A stretch of 64,000 bases of DNA from Blastocatellia bacterium (GTDB lineage: Bacteria > Acidobacteriota > Blastocatellia > UBA7656): assembly GCA_963765495.1 (NCBI GenBank), contig CAVXWP010000001.1, forward strand, positions 96,001-160,000. Reading direction: 5' to 3'. Shown here piece by piece: positions 9,011-20,581 of the stretch (positions are counted from its first letter, which is position 1; the number at the start of each line of letters is the position of its first letter). The notes under the pieces were generated by a model that worked only from the letters and a program-made list of their open reading frames with translations, did not search any database and was not told where the DNA came from. A program made the position numbers and the translations under genes.

Positions 9011-10300
9011 ATGCCGATGAATGATGTCATAGCGGTGATACTTGGAGGAGGTGTAGGGCAGAGGCTTTACCCGCTGACCAAGCTGAGGGCGAAACCCGCA
9101 GTGCCGCTTGGAGGCAAGTACAGGCTCATTGATATACCCGTATCAAACTGTATAAACTCCGACATACATCGCATCTTCATTCTCACGCAATTCAACTCCG
9201 CGTCGCTCAATCGCCACATTGCGCGCACATATCGCTTCAGCCGGTTCACAAACGGTTTTGTGGAAGTGCTCGCGGCAGAGATGACTCCCGAACGGCCCGA
9301 CTGGTTTCAGGGAACGGCCGACGCCGTGCGCCAGAGCTTTCATCATTTCGACAACTACAAGGGCGAAACCATACTGGTGCTTGCGGGCGACCATCTCTAT
9401 CGCATGGACTATCGCAAGTTTATAGCCGAGCACGAGAAATCGGGTGCCGATGTTACGGTAGGCGTGACGGCGGCGCGCGAAGATGAGGCTTCGAGTTTCG
9501 GGCTGCTCAAGATAGACAGCACCGGGCGCATAATTGAGTTCAGCGAAAAGCCGAAGGGCGAGGCGCTTGAGCCGATGCGGGTTGATACGAGCGTGCTGGG
9601 GCTTTCGCCCGAGCAGGCTGCGCGCCGCCCGTTTCTCGCTTCTATGGGCATTTATATCTTCAGGAAAGAAGTAGCCCGCAATCTGCTTCATAATGTAATG
9701 CCCTCGGCGGTCGATTTCGGCAAAGAGGTCTTGCCCGGCGCGCTTTCCGACATCAACGTGCAGGCGTTTTTGTTTGACGATTACTGGGAAGACATCGGAA
9801 CGATAGGCGCTTTCTATCGCGCAAACATGGAGATGACACTGCCTTTGCCTGCTTTCAATTTCTTTGATGCCGACGCGCCCATCTACACGCGGCCTCGTTA
9901 CCTGCCCGGCTCAAAGCTGCTTGATTGCCACATCGAAAGCTCTATCATAACCGAAGGGTGCATAATAAACGGGGCTACCATTGATGATTCGATCATCGGA
10001 ATCCGCAGCCGGATCGAGCACGGCGCGAAACTGGAAGGCGTGCTGATGATGGGAGCCGATTTTTATCAATCGCTTGATGAGTTGCAGCAGGACATAGACC
10101 GGGGCCACCCGCGCATAGGGGTCGGGCCAAACTGTAATATACGCCGCACGATAATTGACAAGAACGCGCGCATAGGCGCAGGCGTGCAGATCCTAAACGA
10201 TGCGGAACGCCGCGAATATGATGGAGACGGTTACTTCATACGCGACGGCATAGTGATCGTCCCAAAAAATGGTGTGATTCGCGACGGGACAGTCATCTGA
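9011..10300 (+). CDS. glgC: Glucose-1-phosphate adenylyltransferase
   Basis: [56 protein letters not shown]. Start 9011 after GGGAGGG. Confidence 0.97.
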   Translation: MPMNDVIAVILGGGVGQRLYPLTKLRAKPAVPLGGKYRLIDIPVSNCINSDIHRIFILTQFNSASLNRHIARTYRFSRFTNGFVEVLAAEMTPERPDWFQGTADAVRQSFHHFDNYKGETILVLAGDHLYRMDYRKFIAEHEKSGADVTVGVTAAREDEASSFGLLKIDSTGRIIEFSEKPKGEALEPMRVDTSVLGLSPEQAARRPFLASMGIYIFRKEVARNLLHNVMPSAVDFGKEVLPGALSDINVQAFLFDDYWEDIGTIGAFYRANMEMTLPLPAFNFFDADAPIYTRPRYLPGSKLLDCHIESSIITEGCIINGATIDDSIIGIRSRIEHGAKLEGVLMMGADFYQSLDELQQDIDRGHPRIGVGPNCNIRRTIIDKNARIGAGVQILNDAERREYDGDGYFIRDGIVIVPKNGVIRDGTVI

Positions 10301-10330
10301 ACGGGCATCTGACCGGGAGAGCCGAGTGAT

Positions 10331-10645
10331 ATGCCGACCTTTGATCGTGACCACGAAGACTTAACGATCCCCGAGAGCAAGCGGAAGATTAAGAAGCCGC
10401 CGCTCTACAAAGTCTTGCTCCACAACGACAACTATACGACCATGGATTTCGTGGTCTATGTCCTGACCGAGGTCTTTCACAAATCGGAAAGCGAGGCTGT
10501 GAGGATAATGCTTCAGGTCCATCAACAGGGCGTAGGCATAGCGGGCGTCTTCACCTTCGAGATAGCCGAGATGAAGACGGCAAGAGTGACAGCGCTTGCG
10601 CGCCAGCACGAATACCCTTTGCTTTGCACTCTGCAAGAGGAGTGA
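10331..10645 (+). CDS. clpS: ATP-dependent Clp protease adaptor ClpS
   Basis: PPLYKVLLHNDNYTTMDFVV, IMLQVHQQG, YPLLCT. Confidence 0.97.
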   Translation: MPTFDRDHEDLTIPESKRKIKKPPLYKVLLHNDNYTTMDFVVYVLTEVFHKSESEAVRIMLQVHQQGVGIAGVFTFEIAEMKTARVTALARQHEYPLLCTLQEE

Positions 10646-10678
10646 TTTGAGATTTGAGATTTGAGATCGAATTTCGAG
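10646..10678. repeat. 7-mer tandem repeat (TTTGAGA x3) at the clpS-clpA junction
   Basis: tttgaga tttgaga tttgaga tcgaatttcga immediately after the clpS stop. Confidence 0.7.
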
Positions 10679-10685
10679 AATAGAG

Positions 10686-12941
10686 ATGATTACCAGAGAG
10701 TTACAGGTCACATTGAATCGAGCGGTCGCCGAGGCGGTTGACCGTCGGCACGAGTTTCTTACGCTGGAGCATTTTTTGTACGCCTTGCTTGAAGACCACA
10801 CTGCCAGGGATGTGATAGTCCATTGCGGCGGCGACATAAACACGCTGAAGCGCGATCTGGAAGATTTCTTTGCCGAGCGCCTCGAACAATTGCCCGAAGG
10901 CGAAGATCAGACCCCCGAACAGACCCCATCCTTTCAGCGCGTGTTGCAGCGCGCCGTGCTTCAGGCTCAGGGGTCGGGTCAGGAACAGATTGACGGCGGC
11001 AACATACTGGCCGCGCTTTACAACGAGCGCCGGTCAACGGCCGTTTACTTCCTTGAGCGACAGGGCATCACCCGGCTCGATGTGCTCAACTACATCTCGC
11101 ACGGCATCTCGAAGATAACCGACGAGCCCGACGCGGGTTTCGGTGAGTCGGAGATCGAAGATGAAGAGGCGGGCGCACCTCCCGTTCGCGACCCGCTCGC
11201 AGCCTTTACGGTCAATCTGGTAGAGCGAGCCGCAAAAGGAAGAATCGACCCTCTGATAGGCCGCGCTTCAGAAGTCGAGCGCACCGTGCAGGTGCTTTGC
11301 CGCAGACGGAAAAACAATCCCATTTACGTGGGCGATCCCGGCGTGGGGAAGACCGCGATAGCCGAAGGGCTCGCCCTGAAAATCCATCGCGGCGAAGTGC
11401 CGGAAGTGCTCGCAACGTCGGAAATCTACGCGCTCGATATGGGGGCGTTGCTTGCGGGAACGAAGTACCGGGGCGAGTTCGAGCAACGGCTCAAGGCTGT
11501 AATAGTGGCGCTTGTGAAGCGAAAAAACGCGATCCTCTTCATAGACGAGATTCACACGATAGTCGGCGCGGGCGCGGTGAGCGGCGGCTCGATGGATGCT
11601 TCGAACATACTAAAACCGGTGCTCGCCTCGGGCGAGTTGCGCTGCATAGGCTCTACGACCTACCCCGAGTACAAAAGCTCGTTTGAGCGCGACCGGGCGC
11701 TTGCTCGTCGCTTCCAGAAGATCGAGATTTCAGAAGCCAATGTCGAAGACACGGTCAAGATACTTGAAGGGCTGAAGGGATACTACGAAGATCATCACGG
11801 CGTGCGCTTTACTCATCCTTCGCTGAGAGCGGCGGCCGAGCTTGCGGCAAAACACATAAACGACAGGTTTCTGCCCGATAAGGCTATAGACGTAGTGGAT
11901 GAAGCGGGCGCGGCTGTAAAGCTTCTGCCGCCAAACCGTAGGCCAAAAACGATCCAGCCTAAAGACATCGAGATAGTAGTCGCGCGCATGGCAAAGATTC
12001 CGCCTCGAACCGTTTCGGTCTCTGACAAGGAGCGGCTGCAAAATCTGGAAGGCGATCTTCGGGCGGTCATATTCGGGCAGGATCAGGCGATAAGTCAGAT
12101 CGTCAAAGCGATCAAGCTCTCGCGTTCGGGGCTTGGCCACCCGGAAAAGCCCATCGGCTCGTTTCTGTTCTCAGGCCCGACGGGGGTCGGCAAGACCGAG
12201 CTTTCAAAACAGCTTGCCCTGTCGCTTGGCGTCGAGTTCCTCCGCTTCGATATGAGCGAGTACATGGAAAAACATACCGTGTCTCGATTGATCGGAGCGC
12301 CTCCGGGCTATGTCGGCTTCGATCAGGGCGGGTTGCTTACGGACGCTATCAACCGGAATCCTTATGCGGTGCTGGTTCTGGATGAGATCGAAAAGGCTCA
12401 TCCCGATCTGTTCAATATTTTGTTGCAGGTCATGGACCACGCTACGCTGACGGACAACAACGGCAAGAAGGCCGATTTTCGCAACGTGATATTGATTATG
12501 ACGACAAACGCCGGGGCGCGCGAAGTGAGCGCCGAGGGGATAGGTTTTTCCAGAGGCAGTTCTTCGGGCAGCAAGGGCAAAGGCGCTATCGAGCGCACAT
12601 TCAGCCCGGAATTTCGCAACCGGCTCGACGGATGGATAGCCTTCGATTCGCTCGGCACTGATGCGGTCGAGCGCGTGGTCGATAAGTTCATCAAGGAAGT
12701 GCGCGATCAGATCGAAGAGAAAAAAGTCAGCATCGAATTGCGGGAAGCGGCCAGGCAATGGCTGGCCACGCACGGCTATGACAAGCTGTTTGGCGCGCGC
12801 CCCATGGGCCGTCTGATTCAGGCAAAGATCAAAGAGCCGCTGGCCGAAGAGATTTTATTCGGCCAATTGCAATCGGGCGGGCGGCTCGTGATTGATGTCA
12901 AGGACGGCGAATTGTCACTTGAATTCGAAAGCGCCGACTAA
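10686..12941 (+). CDS. clpA: ATP-dependent Clp protease ATP-binding subunit ClpA
   Basis: Two AAA+ modules ([16 protein letters not shown]), ClpP-binding IGF loop, adjacent to clpS. Confidence 0.97.
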   Translation: MITRELQVTLNRAVAEAVDRRHEFLTLEHFLYALLEDHTARDVIVHCGGDINTLKRDLEDFFAERLEQLPEGEDQTPEQTPSFQRVLQRAVLQAQGSGQEQIDGGNILAALYNERRSTAVYFLERQGITRLDVLNYISHGISKITDEPDAGFGESEIEDEEAGAPPVRDPLAAFTVNLVERAAKGRIDPLIGRASEVERTVQVLCRRRKNNPIYVGDPGVGKTAIAEGLALKIHRGEVPEVLATSEIYALDMGALLAGTKYRGEFEQRLKAVIVALVKRKNAILFIDEIHTIVGAGAVSGGSMDASNILKPVLASGELRCIGSTTYPEYKSSFERDRALARRFQKIEISEANVEDTVKILEGLKGYYEDHHGVRFTHPSLRAAAELAAKHINDRFLPDKAIDVVDEAGAAVKLLPPNRRPKTIQPKDIEIVVARMAKIPPRTVSVSDKERLQNLEGDLRAVIFGQDQAISQIVKAIKLSRSGLGHPEKPIGSFLFSGPTGVGKTELSKQLALSLGVEFLRFDMSEYMEKHTVSRLIGAPPGYVGFDQGGLLTDAINRNPYAVLVLDEIEKAHPDLFNILLQVMDHATLTDNNGKKADFRNVILIMTTNAGAREVSAEGIGFSRGSSSGSKGKGAIERTFSPEFRNRLDGWIAFDSLGTDAVERVVDKFIKEVRDQIEEKKVSIELREAARQWLATHGYDKLFGARPMGRLIQAKIKEPLAEEILFGQLQSGGRLVIDVKDGELSLEFESAD

Positions 12942-12945
12942 TGCA

Positions 12946-13053
12946 AAGTGATGCGTGATGCGTGATGCGTGATTCGAGCAGGCTGGCAAATTGTCTTTAA
13001 CAGGTAGCCTTTCTGAAAGTCACGAATCACGCATCACGCATTACGCATCACTT
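12946..13053. repeat. MITE-like element with 7-mer arms between convergent genes
   Basis: (gtgatgc)x3 gtga ... tcacgaa tcacgca tcacgca ttacgca tcac; contains the stop codon (13048-13050) of the minus-strand gene. Confidence 0.88.
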
Positions 13054-14754
13054 CTTCACGAAATCGGTCCACTTGCTCATATCTTTACAGGCGGCTGCAC
13101 GGGGCGCTTTGCCGTCAAGGAGCGCCGCCGCCACGCACGCCCACGCGGGAGCGAGTTCGGAGCTTGCCGAGTTGGTCTCGTGATAATGGTTGGGCACTTT
13201 CTGTGACTTGCAGGGGTCTTCGGCCTGTTTAAGACCACGGGCCGGGTCGGGCGTGGGCGGGTGAAAATCTGAACCGGGCACGATATAGCCGAACTCTTCG
13301 GGGCACAGGCCGAGCACGAATTTGTATTTCTTCGTCATGCGACCGATCACGCCCGGCTCTGCGGGCCGTCCCGTTTTGGCTTCGGGGCAATCGTTGCGCC
13401 CGTGATCCTCCACGCCGTAGAAGACTTCGGGAAACAATTCGCCCGGCGTCGTTATGATCTGCGCATCGCCCATAGTGATTACGTAAACCCACGTGTTGAT
13501 TTCGATGTTATCGGCTTCGGCGGGCGTGGACAAAGTGTCGAGCACTCCCTTTGCAGCCAGGACCGCATAGGCCGCGTTATCCATTGGCGCTCTGAGGTTC
13601 GCCTTCTTCAATTCGATCTTATTTACCGCGCTCCACTCGCCGCGCGCGAGAGCCTCGATGGCCGCCTTGCCAATGTCTCGCCCTATCGCCTCGGTGCGCT
13701 CGCTGGTAAAGACCGGGCGGTTGTGCTTCTCATCGAGCGGATAATCTTTTCCGTCAAACCTGATACGGTCGTGATTCTTGTTGTTTGTGTCGCCTATGAT
13801 TTCAGCCGCGCCGATGTCGCCGCTGACATAGACGGCTATGCCCCCGAATCGCTTCTCTACGGTCTGGCGAACGGCGTGCGGAAAATCGGAAGTTATGATG
13901 GTGTTTTTGTCTTCCATAGATTCGGGGTGCGTGTTCCAGTTGATCAGAGTTGCGATGACCTTTCCTCGGCGTTGCCCCTGGGTGCCGACGAATTGCATCA
14001 CGCGCATCTCTTCATCAAAGAAACGCGGGGGCCGCCCGCCCGTTCGCGTCTGCATGCCGAAGATCGAAGGCGATGCCTGCGGGTCGGTGCGTCCGAGCTT
14101 CATCCGCGCAGGTGCAGTCGAGCGAGCCGCCCGATTTATCGCTTTGGCGATCTGATGGTCGAGAAATCTGAGATACTTCGGATACTTGCCGTCGCTAAAT
14201 GGATTTATTCCCCACGGGCCTATGGTGTCGGGTCCCTGATGGTTGTGAGTGCTTGTGATGAGGATTTCGCCTATGCCAAGCGAGGGATCGACCAGTTTTT
14301 GAATTTCGCCCAGCCCGTAATAATTTGCTTTCGAGTAATATCCGATCACATCAATCGAGACGATGGCGATTTTTGTCGCGCCGTCGTCCAACACTATGGC
14401 TCGCGCCCAGTAATCGTCGTGTTTGCCCGTGGCCGGACGGTTGCTGCCAAATCCCGCCAGGTATATGCCGTCATACTTGTCTTTTGAGCTTGGGTCGAGC
14501 GCCGTGTTACCGGGATCGTCTTCAAACGGCTCGCCCGTGTCCCATCGCCCGTTGTTATTCTTGTCTGTGTATTTCTCTCCCCAGACGCCGGAGGCGGTTA
14601 TCTGGCCGTCCCATTCAGGGTTAGGCCCAAAGGGCGTGACCGCGACTGCCGCGACCCCGACTCTCAACCCGGCCTTTGCGGCAACCGTTTTCGACCGACC
14701 GAAGCCGGTTGACACGAGCGCTATTACGATTGCAATGGTCAAATATCTCGACAT
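13048..14754 (-). CDS. Secreted protein, neutral/alkaline ceramidase-like fold
   Basis: Signal peptide; [50 protein letters not shown]. Confidence 0.6.
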   Translation of the reverse strand: MSRYLTIAIVIALVSTGFGRSKTVAAKAGLRVGVAAVAVTPFGPNPEWDGQITASGVWGEKYTDKNNNGRWDTGEPFEDDPGNTALDPSSKDKYDGIYLAGFGSNRPATGKHDDYWARAIVLDDGATKIAIVSIDVIGYYSKANYYGLGEIQKLVDPSLGIGEILITSTHNHQGPDTIGPWGINPFSDGKYPKYLRFLDHQIAKAINRAARSTAPARMKLGRTDPQASPSIFGMQTRTGGRPPRFFDEEMRVMQFVGTQGQRRGKVIATLINWNTHPESMEDKNTIITSDFPHAVRQTVEKRFGGIAVYVSGDIGAAEIIGDTNNKNHDRIRFDGKDYPLDEKHNRPVFTSERTEAIGRDIGKAAIEALARGEWSAVNKIELKKANLRAPMDNAAYAVLAAKGVLDTLSTPAEADNIEINTWVYVITMGDAQIITTPGELFPEVFYGVEDHGRNDCPEAKTGRPAEPGVIGRMTKKYKFVLGLCPEEFGYIVPGSDFHPPTPDPARGLKQAEDPCKSQKVPNHYHETNSASSELAPAWACVAAALLDGKAPRAAACKDMSKWTDFVKK

Positions 14755-14882
14755 AACATCCTCCTGACGATAGTTGATTGAATGCTCGGAAAGGCGCGCT
14801 AATAATAGCGTTTGTTTGCTTGCGGCTCAAGCGCAGCTATCTGTTCAGGTGGCAATTTGAACTTTTATGCCGGAGAAGATGC

Positions 14883-14911
14883 TTGACAGCCGATGCGATA
14901 ATGCGCATAAT
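14883..14911 (+). promoter_or_regulatory. sigma70 promoter of the leader-pheA-aroF operon
   Basis: TTGACA (14883-14888), 17-nt spacer, CATAAT (14906-14911). Confidence 0.8.
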
Positions 14912-14938
14912 GCGCGGTAAGTTTTGTTGCTAAAGCTT

Positions 14939-15061
14939 ATGATTTACGATCAGCCACACACACCGTCCACATCCGACCGGGCCAGAGGCTTTGTCTCTAA
15001 CTGGTTTAGCTTCTATTTTTACTTTAGCACCGCAAATGGAGCGGGGGGCGCGATGGTGTAG
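14939..15061 (+). CDS. Attenuator leader peptide, 40 aa, aromatic-rich
   Basis: Translated by hand: MIYDQPHTPSTSDRARGFVSNWFSFYFYFSTANGAGGAMV*. It has 8 aromatic codons in a 12-codon stretch and is too short for the ORF track. Confidence 0.85.
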   Translation: MIYDQPHTPSTSDRARGFVSNWFSFYFYFSTANGAGGAMV

Positions 15062-15131
15062 ACTGAAACCGAATCGCAAGAGTTTTCGAGGCCCGCTCCT
15101 TCCAGTGAAGGTAGCGGGCCTCAAAGTTTTT
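15038..15131 (+). promoter_or_regulatory. Attenuator: mutually exclusive antiterminator and terminator hairpins
   Basis: Terminator GAGGCCCGCTCCTTC-cagt-GAAGGtAGCGGGCCTC (15088-15122) then aaagTTTTT. GGAGCGGG (15038-15045) can pair with CCCGCTCC (15092-15099) in its 5' arm. Confidence 0.8.
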
Positions 15132-15140
15132 GGAGACTAA

Positions 15141-16055
15141 TTGATGACCAATAGTATTGCGGGTGAAAGACTGAAGGTGGCTTATCAGGGCGAGCGCGGG
15201 GCCTTCAGCGAAGCGGCTGCGCAAAAGCTCGTTGGCCCTGATTTTGAGGGGATGCCTTACCGGACGTTTGAAGAGATGTTTGAGGCGGTCGCTGACGCGG
15301 AAGCCTCGTGCGCCGTGGCCCCGATTGAAAACAGCCTGGCCGGATCGGTCTATAAGAATTATGACCTGCTGGTCGAGCACGATCTGACGATCATCGGCGA
15401 AGCTAAACTCAGAATCATTCACAACCTTATTGCCCTGTCAGGCGTCAGCCTTTCAGATGTGCGACGCGTCTATTCACACCCGGTCGCGCTCGCTCAATGC
15501 GAACGCTTTCTGCGCGCCAATCCACAATTCGAAGTCGAGGCCGCTTACGATACCGCAGGCAGCGTCCGCGCGATTGTCGAAGGCGGCAGCCGTGACGAAG
15601 CCGCCATAGCGGGCGCGCAGGCGGCCCTGGTCTATGACGCGCAGATTCTTGTCGAAGGTATCGAAGACAACCTTGAAAACTTCACTCGATTTTTATTGCT
15701 TGTGCGACCCGATTACGCAGGCTCGATCAAGACCTCGGCCCGCCCTGGCACGCGAAAAACGACTATAGTCTTTCGCGTAGCCAATCATCCCGGCGCGCTC
15801 TTTCGCTCGCTCGCCGCTTTCGCGCTCCGCGATATAGACCTGTCGAAAATAGAGTCGAGGCCCATCGAAGGACGTCCGTGGGAATATTCGTTTTATCTCG
15901 ATTTGACCGGCGATCTGGCCGAACCAAAAATTGCGCGAGCGCTCGCGCACCTGGCCGAGATGGCCGAAAGCATTAGAGTGCTTGGCAGCTATCCGAGCGC
16001 CGAGTCATTTGAGCAGTCAAATTCAAATGCCGAAGGGACAAAGGAGAAGGAGTAA
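15141..16055 (+). CDS. pheA: Prephenate dehydratase
   Basis: [36 protein letters not shown], and ACT domain LSKIESRP. Confidence 0.96.
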   Translation: MMTNSIAGERLKVAYQGERGAFSEAAAQKLVGPDFEGMPYRTFEEMFEAVADAEASCAVAPIENSLAGSVYKNYDLLVEHDLTIIGEAKLRIIHNLIALSGVSLSDVRRVYSHPVALAQCERFLRANPQFEVEAAYDTAGSVRAIVEGGSRDEAAIAGAQAALVYDAQILVEGIEDNLENFTRFLLLVRPDYAGSIKTSARPGTRKTTIVFRVANHPGALFRSLAAFALRDIDLSKIESRPIEGRPWEYSFYLDLTGDLAEPKIARALAHLAEMAESIRVLGSYPSAESFEQSNSNAEGTKEKE

Positions 16056-17083
16056 TGATAATAGCCATGAAACCAGATGCAACCGAACAACAGATCGAAG
16101 ACGTTTGCGCAAGCATTCGTCGTTACGGGTACACGCCGCACCTTATCCGCGGGGAAGAGCGTGTGGTGATCGGAGCCATAGGCCGGGGCGACAATAAAGA
16201 CCACTTGCAAAACCTCCGCTCTGTGCCGGGCGTGGCCGACGTAGTGCCGATACTTCAGCCTTATAAACTGGTCAGCCGCGAGCTTAAACCTCAAAAAACA
16301 ACCATTCACGTCGGCGACCTGGAAATCGGCGGAGCTGAGTTCGTGGTGATGGCCGGCCCCTGCTCGGTCGAAACGCGCGAGCAGTTGATGGAGACCGCAG
16401 AGGCCGTCAAACGCGCGGGCGCGCAGGTGCTTCGCGGAGGCGCTTACAAACCGCGAACCTCGCCCTATGATTTTCAGGGTCTTGAAGTGGAAGGCTTGAA
16501 ACTGCTGGCCGAAGCTCGCAAACATACCGGCCTCAAGGTTATAACAGAGACCGTGACAGCCGAAGATGTAGAAGTGGTGGCCGAATACGCCGACATACTT
16601 CAGGTGGGCGCGCGCAATATGCAGAACTTTGCCCTGCTCAAGAAACTCGGTCGCGCGGGCCGTCCCGTCCTGCTCAAACGCGGGATGAGTTCGACCATAA
16701 AGGAACTTCTGCTCTCGGCCGAATACATCGCCTCGCACGGAAACGATCAGGTCATACTTTGCGAGCGCGGCATCCGCACTTTCGAAACTGCTACGCGCAA
16801 CACTCTGGACCTTGCCGCCGTTCCCGTCCTCAACGAGTTGAGCCACCTCCCCGTGATCGTAGACCCTTCACACGGCACGGGCAGGCGCAGCCTGATCAAA
16901 CCTCTATCGAAAGCAGCCATGGCGATAGGCGCTGACGGGTTGATCATAGAGGTTCATCCGCGCCCGCAGGAGGCCTGGTCTGACGGGCCTCAATCGCTGT
17001 TGCCGGATGATTTCGCCGAGATTATGGAAGACCTGCGCCGTTATGCCCCGCTCGAATCGCGCTATCTCAATAAAGCGCATTAG
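16055..17083 (+). CDS. aroF: DAHP synthase, type I-beta, with N-terminal regulatory domain
   Basis: [50 protein letters not shown]; start overlaps the pheA stop (TAATG). Confidence 0.95.
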   Translation: MIIAMKPDATEQQIEDVCASIRRYGYTPHLIRGEERVVIGAIGRGDNKDHLQNLRSVPGVADVVPILQPYKLVSRELKPQKTTIHVGDLEIGGAEFVVMAGPCSVETREQLMETAEAVKRAGAQVLRGGAYKPRTSPYDFQGLEVEGLKLLAEARKHTGLKVITETVTAEDVEVVAEYADILQVGARNMQNFALLKKLGRAGRPVLLKRGMSSTIKELLLSAEYIASHGNDQVILCERGIRTFETATRNTLDLAAVPVLNELSHLPVIVDPSHGTGRRSLIKPLSKAAMAIGADGLIIEVHPRPQEAWSDGPQSLLPDDFAEIMEDLRRYAPLESRYLNKAH

Positions 17084-17092
17084 CCCGTAGCC

Positions 17093-17164
17093 CTTTGACA
17101 GGATTAACAGGATTTATGAGGATCGGGCCGGGTTCTCGTTTTATCTTTGTTAATCCTGTCAAAG
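17093..17164. repeat. Inverted-repeat element (ACAGGATTA 9-mer family)
   Basis: ctttgacaggattaacaggat ... atctttgttaatcctgtcaaag between convergent genes. Confidence 0.85.
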
Positions 17165-17178
17165 CGTGAAGCGACCCG

Positions 17179-17964
17179 TCATCGGCCTCCGGTTTTGCGC
17201 GCGATCTCATCCCCGGTCTTTTCCATGCGATACCAGGCATATCTCGCGCCGGTATAGTAAAGAAATCCCCTCTCTCCTCCAAGTCTCTCTGTAATGACAT
17301 CTCCCCTCAGACCCGGCTGCTTCTCCTGACCTCGAACCTCTGCAAGCGTCTCCTTGAAAGATAAGGGCTTTATATCAACGCCGACGCCGTTTTTGAGCAG
17401 GTAGGTATTGTTCGCCTCCGGGTCTCTCCAGCCGACAGGTCCGTTTCCGTGAATGATAACCAGCAACTCATCGCCCTGACTGACGTGAACCGGTTCCGGG
17501 TTTGGCGCGGGAGACTGCACGGCCCTTGTGGGATCGGGCACGTGGACCTTTTTCGGATCTTCGAGTTGCCATCGGGCGAGCTCGTCTTGTATTTGCGGCA
17601 ATCGTCCGGGGACGGGTCTTACGACTACGACAAGATCCTGTGAATCGTCTCCGTCGAAATCACCTACGATGCAACGATGCACATCGGGAGTAACGTTATT
17701 GTCGTACACGCGCGCGACCACGACTTTAATTTCATCCGGCAGAGGCGGAGGGAGCACAGGCTTTTGCGCGGCCTCTGGAGGCGCGGCTTCTACTTGAGCG
17801 GGCGCTACGACAGACGGGGTTGCCGCTTCGGCCTGCGGCGCTTCTACAGGTGTCGTTTGCTCTTTCTTTACACATCCGCAAAGCGACGCGGACACGGCTA
17901 TGACGAGGAACCACAGACCGAGCGCGTTACCCTTCAGCCACGATGATTTTGCTGCTCCTCTCAT
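17179..17964 (-). CDS. Hypothetical lipoprotein with an FG-GAP-like Ca-binding motif
   Basis: Lipobox-like LCGC after a hydrophobic stretch, Pro/Ala linker, GDFDGDDSQDL. Confidence 0.65.
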   Translation of the reverse strand: MRGAAKSSWLKGNALGLWFLVIAVSASLCGCVKKEQTTPVEAPQAEAATPSVVAPAQVEAAPPEAAQKPVLPPPLPDEIKVVVARVYDNNVTPDVHRCIVGDFDGDDSQDLVVVVRPVPGRLPQIQDELARWQLEDPKKVHVPDPTRAVQSPAPNPEPVHVSQGDELLVIIHGNGPVGWRDPEANNTYLLKNGVGVDIKPLSFKETLAEVRGQEKQPGLRGDVITERLGGERGFLYYTGARYAWYRMEKTGDEIARKTGGR

Positions 17965-18088
17965 TGAGACACTTTCTCCTTTCACTTTGATTTGAACACC
18001 GCGTAGTGGCGGAGGCCGATCAGGCGAGGGATGACCTGACCGGCTTCCGTCTTGTTGAGTTTTTGCATCTACTCTGCGACCTCGGTCG

Positions 18089-19519
18089 TCAGAGCGATTT
18101 TAGGAATGTCAGCACATTGTTCTTGTCGGCAGTCGAGAGATTAAAGAAGGCTGTGTTTGCAGCCTGAGCCTGATTGCGGTGTCGCCTTATCGCGTCTGTG
18201 AAGGTCAGCGACTCGCCATCGTGCATCAGCCGGTTACGGGTGCGAACTCCCCATAGCGGGGCTGTGCGCATGATGTTGGCTGTCGTTTGATCAAGAACAC
18301 CATTGGGGTCGGTAAGTTGCACTATCCCATCGCCGGTCCCTATGTCGTGCAGAAGAAAATCTCCATACGGGTGGAAGGTTTTGCAACCAAGTCCCTGCGG
18401 TACGGTAAAAGTGCCTCCGTTGATTACCGTGCCGACGGGCGAGGTGACAATACTGGGAACGTGGCAGACGGCGCATCCTATGGCCTTGAATAGATCTTCT
18501 CCATCGGAGGCCGCCTTGGTATTCGCCAGAAACTTGTTGCGCGGCGGAGCCTTTGTGGCTCTCATAAAGCGGGCGAACACGTCTATATCGTTGTCTTGAT
18601 CTTCGACAAATCCGCCTATTTCGGGCAATTCGTCGCATACATTTGTAAAGTCAGCAGATAAGAGGCGATTGGTTATGCCCATCTCGTTGAGGTAGGCATC
18701 GCCAGAGAAGGAAAGCAGGCTGGCCTGTTGATCCTTCCATCCGAAGCGGCCTACACGGAAGGTCGGGTCATTGACTTCAAGTACCTGCACAAGGACCAGT
18801 CTTCCTCTCTGCGCTGCGGGCTGGTTGTTTGCGATGTCCAGCAATGTGTTGCTGTTGACCGCCTCGACCAGCCCGTCTCCAAGTACGTTCAGGGACGTTC
18901 GGAACGAATGGACTATCTGCTCCTCGGGAATCATGTTGGCATTTGTGTCGGTTATCATATCCACCCGTTCCTGTATATTCGCATCCGGGTGGTTGAATTG
19001 CTGGCCGTTTACGAGCGTGTATTTCAATGGGCCTGCCGGACAAATCGCGCGATCATTGATGAGCGATCTGTCGCAAATTAATTGCTTGTTCCCATTGTCG
19101 TCGGTGATCAACACGCAGGGGTTGGAAAATTGGCCATGACTTGAGATGCCGGCCCTCAATTCATTGACCTGACTGATTGCGCCCGACACCGTGTTTTGAT
19201 GGCACTCTCGGCACGACTGCGCGTTGTAGGTTGGCCCGAGCCCATCCTCTATCGTTTCAAATTCATCGAAGGTTCCGTTATCGGCGTGATGCGTATCATC
19301 ATCAACAAAAAACTGATTGATTGACCTATCATCAAAAGCCGCGACGGCTTCTCCCCCGATACAAGGTGCAAAAGGTGAAGGATTAGGGTCACTATCCACA
19401 GAATCTGGCAGCTTCCCTGGGAATTGGGATGATTGACCTCTGACGATGCTCACCTTTATCATTGGGAGAGTGAACAACGCCGCGAAGAGCAAGAATACAC
19501 CTATCTTTACCAGTTTCAT
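18089..19519 (-). CDS. Exported di-heme oxidoreductase family protein (DHOR/DUF1111-like)
   Basis: GLGPTYNAQSCRECH and GCAVCH heme motifs, GRFGWK, HDIGTGD, RTAPLWG, LMHDG; signal peptide; AAGGAG SD. Confidence 0.88.
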   Translation of the reverse strand: MKLVKIGVFLLFAALFTLPMIKVSIVRGQSSQFPGKLPDSVDSDPNPSPFAPCIGGEAVAAFDDRSINQFFVDDDTHHADNGTFDEFETIEDGLGPTYNAQSCRECHQNTVSGAISQVNELRAGISSHGQFSNPCVLITDDNGNKQLICDRSLINDRAICPAGPLKYTLVNGQQFNHPDANIQERVDMITDTNANMIPEEQIVHSFRTSLNVLGDGLVEAVNSNTLLDIANNQPAAQRGRLVLVQVLEVNDPTFRVGRFGWKDQQASLLSFSGDAYLNEMGITNRLLSADFTNVCDELPEIGGFVEDQDNDIDVFARFMRATKAPPRNKFLANTKAASDGEDLFKAIGCAVCHVPSIVTSPVGTVINGGTFTVPQGLGCKTFHPYGDFLLHDIGTGDGIVQLTDPNGVLDQTTANIMRTAPLWGVRTRNRLMHDGESLTFTDAIRRHRNQAQAANTAFFNLSTADKNNVLTFLKSL

Positions 19520-20010
19520 TCTCGTCTCCTTAATTGTCCCGGCGCACACCTCAACCAGGACAGGGGCGGATTACCTGCCCGCTGGTTAGCCTGTTACTCG
19601 TATTGAAGTCCCGATCCCTGAGTGTGTTCGATTGTCTTCGTTAGACACCTGTGCACGCAATCATACCCACGTAGCCAGTACAATCGCGTATAATGTTTGT
19701 GCCTATAAGAAAGATGCCCGAATGACTGCAATCAACATTCCAAAATTGCGCTGGTAAGCTATCTCATAATACTCTGAGTGATTTAAGTAGCATTGGTTTT
19801 ATTAGCGGCAATTGATTTATGAGGCGGGATTGTGAGGAAAAACGCAAAAATGCCACAGGCCGCAAAAAAACAACCTGTAAGGATTCTTACTCAGAGGTCG
19901 TTTCAAACGAGATAGAGCAGTCTATCTGCATGGTCAAAAAAAGACAGGCATGCGCCGTGCCGCCAGACAGTCAAATCATTATCTTGTCGGTTGAATGTTT
20001 TCCTGACGAC

Positions 20011-20409
20011 TCAACCCATGTGTGTTGAGTGTACGGGTTTGATTTTATAAAGCACCCGCACCTCGCCCGGCTGACGATTAGGATATCTGTCGAGGCCTAT
20101 ATATTTTTTTGCCATCTTGTCTATATGTTCTTCCGCGCCTTCTTCGGTGATCTCATCGACCTGACCGCGCACTTCGAGATAGCGATAAGGATTGTCCGGG
20201 TCCTGTATCGAAAGCGACACAGAAGGATTGCGCTCCATGTTCTTATCCTTTTGCCGTCCGCGAGCGGAATTCACAAGCACGTGTGTACCGTCATAATCTA
20301 TCCAGACGGGTGTTACCTGGGGGTTGCCGTCGGGCATCACTGTGGCAAGATGCGCGAATGCTTTCTTATCAAACAGGTCCTTGTATTTTTCAGGAATAAC
20401 GTCTGCCAT
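20011..20409 (-). CDS. PPOX-class split-barrel oxidoreductase, probably F420-dependent
   Basis: LATVMPDGNPQVTPVW, KDKNMERNPSVSL, YRYLEVRG; AAGGAGG SD. Confidence 0.85.
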   Translation of the reverse strand: MADVIPEKYKDLFDKKAFAHLATVMPDGNPQVTPVWIDYDGTHVLVNSARGRQKDKNMERNPSVSLSIQDPDNPYRYLEVRGQVDEITEEGAEEHIDKMAKKYIGLDRYPNRQPGEVRVLYKIKPVHSTHMG

Positions 20410-20581
20410 AACTGCCTCCTTTAAATTTTATGCTTCAATTATAGCAATCAACTCGATGCCTCCAAAACGGACGGGAACTTCCCCGTAGATTGTGGGGTCT
20501 AAACTCTCAGCGCCGGCCAGTCGATCTCAGCAAAACCCGCGCAGGCATTTCAGAGTCTCAGGGCTGTCCGGCCCAGAAGAA

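Noticed and set aside
1845-14487. Long antisense ORFs (1845-2876, 3085-4425, 7355-8809, 13402-14487)
   Set aside because: They are shadows of well-supported genes on the opposite strand in GC-rich DNA, with no recognisable motifs.
19520-20010. Riboswitch or tRNA in the long intergenic region
   Set aside because: No recognisable aptamer consensus or cloverleaf by eye; left as unexplained.
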